From Hormiphora californensis (taxonomy: Eukaryota; Animalia; Ctenophora): a DNA stretch of 64,000 bases. The stretch spans positions 3,472,001 to 3,536,000 of the forward strand of contig CM035351.1 of assembly GCA_020137815.1 (NCBI GenBank), given 5' to 3'. Both the position numbers and the translations under genes were made by a program. Shown here piece after piece: positions 1 through 9,946 of the stretch; the first letter of the stretch is position 1; every line of letters starts with the position of its first letter. The notes under the pieces were generated by a model, which was not told the origin of the DNA, searched no databases, and saw nothing but the letters and a program-made list of their open reading frames with translations.

Positions 1-223
1 TTCACCGGTAAAATTTCCGTTTTAAAATCCTTAATAGGGATAATGAAAGAGTGAGCTGTTAAATATAATAAGAGCACGCAATTAAAGGCAACCATATGTA
101 TATCCTAAATTTCTCCGAGTGTGCGAGGAGGGAGATTGAGAGTGTTTGTAGTGTATGTGAGTTCATGTAGAAACTAACATTATATGCATGAACACACCCC
201 AACTCCACCCCAACTCTACGAAC

Positions 224-1236
224 CTGTAAAGATCGAAAGCCCGGACGGTTCCATCTAGTGATGCTGACAGGAGGACATTCCCAGAGGTTTTAAAGTGTAC
301 ATCCGATACGGCAGCTGTGTGTTCGTTAAAGGTAACGTAACAGAACCCTGTCTCTGAACTCCATACTTTTACCTTTCCATCATCCCCACCTGCAGGTGTA
401 TTGTGTAACTGGGTGGTGAATCTTAGATTTCACATGTATTTTATGGGGGAGATTGTTGGGCCACTTGTAGACAGTAGAGGAGGGGTGATCAATAATTCAA
501 CCGTACATATTTCTTGAATTATTGATGGCATATGATAATACTACACAAGGAACCTACAATGGGCCAATCTGAGTTCAAACAAGGTACTAGCTAACTAGCA
601 GTACACACTAGCAACCCCTAGTACACATCACCATCTCGGTACTGTACCTGTTGCGATAGAAAGACTATCAGGACTGTACCTGTTGCGATAGAAAGACTAT
701 CAGGACTGTACCTGTTGCGATAGAAAGACTATCGGTACTGTACCTGTTGCGATAGAAAGACTATCGGTACTGTACCTGTTGCGATAGAAAGACTATCAGG
801 ACTGTGTGAGAGGCACCTCATAAGGGCACTGTGACCTTGTTGTTTCAGCACATAGCTCTCACTTCTCCATTCCCACACCAACAGCTGACCGTGACCCTGA
901 CATCCAAAGCTCAACAACTCACCTGCAGATGATTTTAATTAAATGAGAGAGAACAATTGATAAGGAGAAGGGGAAGAGAAAGAAAGTTCATTTAAGAGTA
1001 AGAGGAAGACAACTGCAACCATTCCATCCCAGAATTGAGGGTATTGAATTGGTAAGTGGTGGTAGACAAATTATGGAAAAAGGGGGAAATGTTCCCAAAA
1101 AGCGTTTCTTACTTACCCGAGGGACTGATCGTGACTGCGGATATCTCCCGTTGTGATATGGAGAGAGTGTGTATCTGGTCACATTCAGGGACGTCATACA
1201 TTATAAACTGACCACTGCGGAGGGAGTTGGTAGAGA

Positions 1237-1331
<95 letters not shown>

Positions 1332-3704
1332 ACAGAGAGTAAGAAAGAGAGAGTAGGAAAGCGGAGTGTATGTAAAGGAAGAAATTGAATAGTTGCTTAA
1401 ACTGTTTCTCTTGATGATAAGTACTGAACAATCAAACCACACACAAACAAGACAGACACTCTAGGAAATACTTGACACGCCGAAAATAGCCTAACTTTTA
1501 ACATTGACAGGATAAGTATCGGATAATTGTTTATGAGCCGCATGATAATAGTTTGTTGGGATGATATCTCCTTCCGGCTTGATCAATCAGGGACAAAATG
1601 AAATTGAAATTACGGTGTTTTATTAAATTTAATAAAACACCGTAATTTCAATTTCATTTTGTCCCTGATTGATCAAGCCGGAAGGAGATATCATCCCAAC
1701 AAACTATTTTAACATTGATATTATTTAAAAAAGTTTCTCTTACTTGGATAATCCGACTACTAGGAGAGCCCCTCTGAGATCTGCACATGCGATACTAACG
1801 CCACCCGGCTGACCTACAAACTTCTTTTCTGCTATCCTCCACTTACTGCAAAGAGAGAGTTGTTATTTGGGTCGTTCAACTAAAAGTTCACCAGTACCAT
1901 GTGATTACACCGTGATTACACCATACAACAAATACTACTCACGTATCAACCTTGCCCCACTTGAAAATCCCTCCGTCCGCACTAACAGAAAAAACCGTTT
2001 CCGAATCTGGGCCAAACCAAGCTCCAATAACGGCCCGCTTGTGGCCGGTTAGGGTGGTTGGGGTCCATCCCTCGATTGGTTCTCGTGAGAGCACCTTGAC
2101 AGTCATATCCACACTCCCACAAACTAGGTACTGGGAACACTCACTCCAGCTAATAGTGGACACCTGGGGAGAGAGGGGTAGAGATAAGGGGGAGAGGAGC
2201 GGGGAGGGGGGGGGGCTGAGAGAGATTCAGAGAAGAGTGGAGTTGTGGGCGCGAAGGTTTGATGGACTTCTAATTCCTATAACAATCTGTCAGAGCATTG
2301 GCCTGACCCATTCTCGTTTCTCTCAAATTTCGCGCGAGAACTGTGGTCAGAGCATTGGCCTGACAGGTAACAATCCCACCACTGTCTTGGAACTAGGGTA
2401 TACTAGTAAAAAGGAACACGACTGTGCGGGTGTACCATTATAGTGTTGTGTTGGCACACAGAGAATATGGAACTAGGGGGGGGGGGGTTACTTATAGTTG
2501 TTACAAATTCAAACCCCTTTCTAGTCTCCCACCTCATCATATTGTCCTGGGTAGGTCCGGACCAGGGTGAATGGGGTGAACTCTTTGGAGGCTGAGGGTG
2601 CTGCCCAAAGCTGCACGTGCTTCCCTTGGGATACAGCGATATGGGTACCATCCGGGGAGTAGACTGCCGCTTTGACGGGGTGCTTGAAACTGTGTCGTGC
2701 TAATATAACCTGAGCAGGGAAGGCCAAGGGGGTTAGAAGAAAGAATTACCGGGATTTAGGAGTGGTAGGGGAGCAGCAGTGACTGCTAAAAACTCACCCT
2801 TTTCCGTGTGTTAACTAGAACTCCTTTTCCCTCTACATCGATGGCGAGAAGTAGGGATCCACAAGGGGAGATTGTAATAACTGCTACATCTTTCCGGGTC
2901 TCAAAGGGTAACGTCACAGTTTTGCTGTGGAGATGAGATGTTAGGAATTGAGTTGTTAGGAATTGAGATGTTAGGAATTGAGATGTTAGGAATTTAGTTG
3001 TTAGGAATTGAGATGTTAGGAATTGAGATGTTAGGAATTGAGATGTTAGGAATTGAGGATAGGAAGTGGTCGTGTTGTGAGTTTGGAGGATTGGTTAGGT
3101 ATCGATAGGATTGGTTAGGTGCTGAAAGGGCAAGATAATTTTGATAGAACTGTCACTGACAGTCTGTCAGTGACGTGAGTTCCCACGCCGAGAGGCTGAG
3201 AGGGAAATAAAGGAGTGGTAGCAGAAGGGAGGTATAATTGTTCTTTTTCAATTACAGTCGGACCCCGATTTAGGGACACCCTCGGGGGAAAAGCTCTTGT
3301 CCACTAAATCGGGGTATCCACTAAATCGGGTTCAAATAATGTTAATTTCCTATATCGGGGGAAAAAAATCCTGTTCCTAAATCGGGGTGCCACTAAATCG
3401 GGGGCCCCTAAATCGGGGTCCGACTGTATCTTCATTCTTCAGTGACCAGTATTACAATTTACAATTATTAATGATGTTACCCCCCCCCCCCCCCCCCAGC
3501 GGAGGGCCTCAACTTTTACAACTCCCCCTCCCTCCACTTTGACAGCTACTAAAAACTATGTTATATTTACCTGCCCTTCATATCAAATATTGATACTCTG
3601 TTTCCAACAGGACTGTATAGTTTGGTGCTATCACCAGAGAATAGCAGATTCCCTGCTTTGTACACTGTTCCACATAGGTTACTGAATTGGTATGAGAACT
3701 TCAT
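224..3704 (-). CDS. PWP2: Periodic tryptophan protein 2 (Utp1, WD40 SSU processome protein), 5' part; multi-exon, continues beyond window start
   Basis: ATG at 3704 gives MKFSYQFSNLCGTVYKAGNLLF, the conserved PWP2 N-terminus. GT-AG exons at about 3571-3704, 2799-2925, 2533-2710, 1943-2163, 1744-1845, 1117-1214, 776-922 and 224-389 include GQLLVWEWRSESYVLKQQGH and GGDDGKVKVW...FCYVTFNEHTAAV...SASLDGTVRAFDL. Confidence 0.95.
641..800. repeat. Five tandem copies of a 32 bp unit spanning a PWP2 exon/intron junction
   Basis: Unit actgtacctgttgcgatagaaagactatc(agg/ggt) starts at 641, 673, 705, 737 and 769. Confidence 0.95.
1547..1708. repeat. Perfect 162 bp palindrome (foldback/MITE-like) in a PWP2 intron
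   Basis: aatagtttgttggg...tattaaa|tttaata...cccaacaaactatt; 81 bp arms with no spacer. Confidence 0.93.
2287..2366 (+). mobile_element. Mini-MITE of the CTGTCAG...CTGACAG family
   Basis: 7 bp terminal inverted repeat, internal direct repeat tcagagcattggcctgac, flanks ataacaat / gtaacaat (7 of 8 match); further copies at 39444, 54307 and 55778. Confidence 0.85.
2935..3056. repeat. 15 bp minisatellite (gagatgttaggaatt), about 8 copies
   Basis: Directly visible tandem units in PWP2 intron 1. Confidence 0.9.
3255..3426. mobile_element. Tc1/mariner-pogo type MITE
   Basis: TIRs cagtcggaccccgatttagg ... cctaaatcggggtccgactg, TA on both flanks, several internal ctaaatcggg repeats. Confidence 0.88.
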
Positions 3705-4228
3705 CCTGCGAGTATCAAGTTAGAGATTGTTATATTCTGACCCTCTTTACACTTGTCACAGAGAAAGGGTCGAACAATGCAAGTTAAAGATGGGTTCTGA
3801 AAGGAATTGAAGATAATTTGAGATGTACGACAAACTAAGTTTCAGTAAACTTTAAAATTGATGGTATAAATTGGTAATAAAAATGAAAATAAAATTGTAA
3901 ATAAAACAAATTAGCGATCCGTGTAAGTTGTAAATAGTATGTAGTTAGTATGGTTTGTCTGTCTGTGTTTTCGCTGTAAAAAAGGCCCATTTCCTGTCTG
4001 GAGAATTTCCCCAGTCTAAATATTATAAATAACACACTCCCGAGTCATATTATATTGATCTGCTTTATCCGATCCATTACATAATGATTCAATATGTGCA
4101 GAACACTCTGCACTCTCCCATGTCACTCTCTTCCAGAAGTGCACAGCACACATTGTGCAGGCACTTTGCACTTCTGTGGTTGAGCAAGTCAGGGCCTTCA
4201 AATATTACAATGTTCAGCTCTCACTCTC

Positions 4229-4720
4229 TCACTGGTCTTCTTCAAGTGTGCTCATCATAATCTGGACAAGATCAGCCTGTCTCTCCATCAACCCTCCCTT
4301 TCTCTTCACCCCCTTAAACTTCTGTCTCCTTCTCTTGCTATCCCGCATCATCTTCCTAACCTCTATCTCTGTCTTTGGTCTCTCAACCTCATCACCATCG
4401 TCCCCAGTCTGTAACTCGTCCCCAACTACCTCACCTCCCTTCCCTTCTTCGGTCATCGTGGTGTAGAGACGCAATCGGGCAGGGGGAGGCAGAATACTGA
4501 ACGCGGCACCCACATCAGTATCAGTTGGTATACCGTTCTCTGAGTATAGAGTCTGAATAAAGGCAGTAATAGATGGAGAGTAGGGAGATTTAGGGGGCTC
4601 TTTTAGGCGGTTTTGGTGCCACTTCGTGACGTCATACCCGATCGCTCTGACAAACACTTCCAGCTGGTGTTGCATGTTCTCGATCCGGCGGAGGGCTTGT
4701 ACCTCGTCCAGTTTTGACAT
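4229..4720 (-). CDS. SNRNP48: SNRNP48-like protein (U11/U12 snRNP 48K), 163 aa, single coding exon
   Basis: C-terminal MRDSKRRRQKFKG...DLVQIMMSTLEE resembles the 48K RDYKRRRQSYR motif and LPPPARLRLY resembles LTQADRLALY; recognised from memory, no CHHC finger present. Confidence 0.55.
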   Translation of the reverse strand: MSKLDEVQALRRIENMQHQLEVFVRAIGYDVTKWHQNRLKEPPKSPYSPSITAFIQTLYSENGIPTDTDVGAAFSILPPPARLRLYTTMTEEGKGGEVVGDELQTGDDGDEVERPKTEIEVRKMMRDSKRRRQKFKGVKRKGGLMERQADLVQIMMSTLEEDQ

Positions 4721-4737
4721 GATTCCTGCAGAAGAGA

Positions 4738-4806
<69 letters not shown>

Positions 4807-4902
4807 TGAGTAAATAGGATTCAAGTACAGGAGTGTGTGCGAGCGTGTGTACATAGTGCCAGCAGGTGGGTTTGCACTTGAGCACAGACAGAGAGCTAGA
4901 GG

Positions 4903-4948
<46 letters not shown>

Positions 4949-4951
4949 AAA

Positions 4952-4982
<31 letters not shown>

Positions 4983-4997
4983 GAGAGAGAGAGGAGA

Positions 4998-5048
<51 letters not shown>

Positions 5049-5711
5049 AGATAGATAGAGATAGAGAAAGAGAGAAGGGGTGAGAGAGAGGGGTATAGTA
5101 TTGAGAGAAGACCAAAGGTAGAGTGAGATAAAGGCTATTATAGTCCTTAGAAATGGGATTTAAGTGTACACACAACGACTTGTACAACTATCATGCTCCT
5201 ATTGCAGGAGAGTTGTATGTGAGGGCCCGATGGAGCTTCTATTCAATAGTGTGTCTGTGAACCTCAAACAACTACCACTCCTCTCTTTTGTGTGTGAGGT
5301 AGTGCTTGTACACTACAGTCACTGGAGAACAAACAATAGAAACACGGAAGTTATGAACAATTTTCAATACGAAAATAACAGGCACACACATACACTTGTT
5401 CAGATCAAAAACACAAAAGCTTCTTCCAAGTCAGCGAGGAGATCGAGAACCACAAAATAATGTTGGAATGTGGAACTTGCCAAAAACAAGCGGCTTCCCA
5501 GATATTCAAATAGTTGCACAACGGCGTGATAGTTCTCTCAGAGACATGAGCGCGGCAGCAGAGAGAAAAATACAATCCTTTGACATTCACACTCACTACT
5601 CAGTCATAAAATATATATTTGGGGTAATCAAACCAGCGATCACCCCTCCCCAATAAATCCCTTTCTCTCTCTAACACAATGACACATGAACTATGAAGAT
5701 CTATAAGGTCT

Positions 5712-6181
5712 CTAACTCTCTGTTATCGGGGTATGATATCTGACCCTTTCCGCGGCCAGATAGTACTTTGTAGTATCAGCCATTAGATACCACCCCAGGG
5801 GCCCGACATCACAATCGGCACATGAGAGGAACTTGTGTTCCCCAACCTGCATGCTAACTCCAATATTCTCAAATGCCATGACATTGGGAAACAACCAGAA
5901 GGTAGTGACAGTCTCTGATTCCGGAGCGTCCTGTCGGTACCTCCCCATTGACATTTCCTGGGTTACAAGGGTTCCTGCCCCAGCCAGGGAGATCTTGCTG
6001 GGACACCGCGGACAGTAAATCTCGGGACAGGGCGCCCCAACTCGGCCATTCCTTCACTCCACTGTACAAGGTTGGCTGGAGGGGCAGGGGGAGCAAAGCA
6101 ACCACCACCTCCTCCACCACCGCCGCCGCCCATCAGCAGTTTTTGGAGTTCCTGCATTTGTTCTGGAGTCAGTTCGGACAT
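5712..6181 (-). CDS. RABIF: RABIF/Mss4 Rab GEF-chaperone; one frameshift near 6025, probably a sequencing error
   Basis: Joining frames gives EIYCPRCPSKI...FWLFPNVMAFENIGVS...KFLSCADCDVGPLGW...YYLAAERV: both zinc-binding CxxC pairs and the FENIG motif of Mss4. Confidence 0.92.
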
Positions 6182-6749
6182 GGTTTGGGGCACTTTGCGT
6201 ACGCTGCAGGGGAGGTGTGAGATAGAGGGTGTGTGGTGGGGAGAAAAGGGGAGAGACAGAGGGATACCAAAAAATAAAAACGAGGGGGTTTTCTTGCGCA
6301 ATCAACATAATCTTTGCATGTAGTGTTCTATATTATGTGCGTCACAAAATCACATCTGATCATCACAAGAACAATTGTGTTAATTAATTAAATATGTTAA
6401 TTAAGCGAAATTTTAAACTTCAGACTTAAAACAAATACAAACTCATTCATTCACAGTATGTTATGTTTCAATTAAAAGAAAATAAGGTGCTAGGTATTAC
6501 ACAAAACAACAGGGTGACTCTTACAAACAAACAAACAAACAGACAAGCTTTCACACAAACACCTCTCTAGTCTCTACAACATCAAAAAACCACGTTTCTT
6601 CACCGCCTTCTACTCCCTTGTACCACCTTCTCTAAATAATATTAGTCCAGCTCTCTGACTATGATACATCTCACTATAATACACGTCTCCTTGAATGAGA
6701 TATTTCCTTCTCACACCAGGGAGGTATTGCCCCTCTCAGAGTGTGAATC

Positions 6750-9003
6750 TCAACACGAGGCACAAGAGGCATCTATTGGTTTCTGGTCTAACGAGACTAG
6801 TTCTGGTTTGTTTCCTTCCGTCTCAACCGTATCTGCCATCTGGAGAAAGAGCGGGATGTTTAAATCTGGATCAAAGATGCTAATAGAGGATCTGGGGATT
6901 ATTAATCTGGGAAAATGAGGGATGGGATGGGTTTAGAGAGGTAAAATAGGTATATGGGATGTTAGGAAAAGGGGCTATATAATGGTCGGTCCTCATGGAA
7001 CGACGGGGCAACACAAAAAGGATCCCAAGATAGTCGGTCCAATATCGTTATTATGGACGGATGCCAACAATGAACATGCCTGTAATTTCCAGCGATATCT
7101 AGAGATAGATATCTATAGAGAGTTATCTAGAGAGATGTCTGTCCGATCTCATTATAAACACACGTACGATCGTGGTTTTACAAGTTACACAATCCTAACT
7201 ACTAAACCTCAAACTCAAGAAAGTTTTTGAAAAACATACCTGTACACAGATAGCGTTTACTAGCGCACTGAAGGTTTGATTCACACTGTCAGATGTTTTA
7301 GCGCTGGCCTCGAAAAACTCATAACCCAGCTCGTTAGCCAAATCCTGGGGATCAGACGGTTAGTTAACTCAGTAATTACTACCCTAACTACCCTTCACCA
7401 GCTCTCGAGGAAGTAGGAAATATACTATCTTTACTATTGTAGCACTAGGTCCTCTCTATCTCTCCCTGTTTCGCCTTCTCTTTATTCTAGCTAAAACATG
7501 TTGTCTTGCAATAATGTCTGTGTCATTAATTGCACAGTATGTATAATCTCACCGATTATAAATGCTCTATTATAACAGAGAAAGGGAGTGTGTGCTGTGC
7601 AATACAAGTACTATAAAGAGCTGATGCTGCAAGTTGTAGCATAATGTAATTGCACCCCCCCCCCATACAGTGCACAATGAATTATATGGTGCAATCTACT
7701 GCAACAAGACATTGCATAACTACTTCTTGAACTGTTATACAGAGAAAGTGCTTATTGCAGTACTGCAGAGGCTCTTAATTCTATCTTCCCCCAGAATTCT
7801 CTCTTCCTAAGAATTTGTATGTAAATCGAACCCCCCCCCCAATGCCCCCCTCCCCAAAAACACCTCTTCCCAAAAGTACCTTTCCTCGTTGTGTGGGAAC
7901 TGCCCGCTTGGTCCTCTAGATCGCATTTATTGGCCACTATAATCACTTGGGCATGCCCAAAGCTATGCTGTTGCACCTTATGATAGTGAATCTGAGGTTA
8001 GGGGAGGGGCTGCTACACATAGAAATGCTGGAAAAGTGCTGCAGCTGAGAGGTTACATTCCATACACACACAATGATGAGAGAAATGATGACAAGCACAG
8101 GAATCTTACGAACAAAGAGTCGAGAATTTGTTTACAGGAACCGGTAATGTAGGTAAAGTGAATCACCGGTTCATAAAATCTAGACTTATTTAAATTGTGC
8201 TTGAAATACATTTCACAGTCCCCAAAATAAAGTATGTACACAGACATGAAAACACAATTTACACGACATATAGACGCTTACCTAGATCTTATATCATACA
8301 GTTGACCTTTAACAAGAAAATATAAAGTTGTGGCGCAATACAAAAACAAAAAGCAATGCTATTAATACATACCAGCAAGAGAGCAGAAAAATAAACGGTG
8401 AGAGAAAAGATACAATGGGAGGAGAAATGAAACCTACCTGGCTCAGCCAATTCCGAACATCGAGGAATGATGTTTCGCTGGTGATATCATACATCAGTAG
8501 GAAGCCCATGGCATGACGGTAATACTGGGTGGTGATGATTTTATACCGCTCCTGACCCGCGGTGTCCCATACCTGAAAAAGGAGGCTCAATAAGCATGGA
8601 AGTTACCGTAGACAAAAACACGGGTAGAGGTGAGTTCAGGAGAATGGGGTAATTAAAAATGGGTACCTGGAGTTTTATCCGTCGTTCCCCGACTCGCACT
8701 GTTTTCACTTTGAAGTCAATGCCGACCGTGCTTACAAATGCCGGGTTAAACTTTCCTTCACAATACTGAAACAGGATGATAATGTGAAAATATCGTGAGA
8801 CAAAAATGGATGAAATCAAATTTAAAATCACAGATTGGGTGATCTATCGGTGAAACCAATACCTGTAACAAAAATGAGGTCTTCCCAACGCCAGAATTCC
8901 CGATCAGGAGGATTTTGAACATACAGTCGAAGTTCATGTCGCTGTACTCGGCGCCCGGAGGCGCACACAGCTCACTTGACTCAGCTGCAGCGGTTGGCGA
9001 CAT
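6750..9003 (-). CDS. RAB3: Rab3-family small GTPase, 6 exons; one apparent 1 nt insertion near 7909
   Basis: [10 protein letters not shown]-loop, [14 protein letters not shown] (Rab3 effector region), [21 protein letters not shown]-terminal CASC*. Exons about 8862-9003, 8667-8765, 8438-8572, 7880-7976, 7240-7344, 6750-6839. Confidence 0.88.
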
Positions 9004-9166
9004 CTCTACATGCTATTTTACAGTTCTACCTACAGATGCAAGAATACTGTTAAAGAACTTTAACATGGTAAGACGTAGATAAAGAAACAAGAATTCGGGA
9101 ACAAATGTTGGGCGATAAGAAATGTGTACAAAAGTAATAAATTAACAACTCTCCGTAAAACATCAT

Positions 9167-9508
9167 CTACTTAAAACTGCCTTTGTTTATTGAAATAGTG
9201 TCCAAGTATTCAGACACAGTTGCCGGCGCCTCCGATTTTATATCTAACTCTTCTGATACGAAAGCTTTTAATTGAAAGTTTCGTAAATTTGGTACAACAA
9301 ATTTGGGTACAGAGAGAGGGTCCAGAGCCATCATACTGCCATCCTCAGTTTGTTTGCTGAGCCTAGTTGTTCCCCTTAAATCGTGCCTCCACACAGAACC
9401 ATATCGATCATCTTTACCCGTCTTAGGTCCACGATGAGATAGAAGCTTGATGAACCGGGCACGGCACACTGACGATCCGGTGACCGTACTGACCAGCCCT
9501 TTTGTCAT
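9167..9508 (-). CDS. MRPL41: Mitochondrial ribosomal protein mL41, intronless, 113 aa
   Basis: VPKFVVPNLRNFQLKAFVS matches the mL41 signature VPxFVVPDLxxFxLKPYVS; ATG at 9508 follows an acceptor-like ttcttgtag. Confidence 0.8.
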   Translation of the reverse strand: MTKGLVSTVTGSSVCRARFIKLLSHRGPKTGKDDRYGSVWRHDLRGTTRLSKQTEDGSMMALDPLSVPKFVVPNLRNFQLKAFVSEELDIKSEAPATVSEYLDTISINKGSFK

Positions 9509-9946
9509 AACTACAAGAATGTTGTATTTAATTCGTGCTGTATCTTTTTGGACGCTAAACACTCGAGAAAAAAGGTAGAAACCTGCACCAGACATGGGAA
9601 GTCACAGAGAAATTTCTGATTTTTCGGGTCGTTTTAAAAAATTTGACATCTGCATCGAGCTGGCTGATTTTCATTTTGACAGTTTCATGCGCGGCTTAAA
9701 TTGTTTTAGTGCGCGTTACTATATTTGCGCGTACCCGTTGGCTGACCATAGCTTACTTTGTTTATTAAAGAAAGGATTGCGCGCTCCTGGACCAACAAGG
9801 CGCCAAGTATGGACCACATCGAAAACAAGCGGTTAAGGCAATTTGAACAAAAAATAGCGTATATTTTACACATGTTGGGGACTGTACCGATCATGATTCA
9901 CCAAAATAAATTACACGTTCTAAAGCTAAAAACCACGATTAAAATA

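Noticed and set aside
641-800. CRISPR-like array (32 bp period)
   Set aside because: Units are contiguous with no unique spacers, there are no cas genes, and the context is eukaryotic. The same applies to 40790-41108.
4603-5187. SLSLSL / RERERE ORFs here and at 1194-1442, 28447-28946, 30469-30954, 51464-51756 and 60177-60365
   Set aside because: Translations of (AG)n microsatellites, not proteins.
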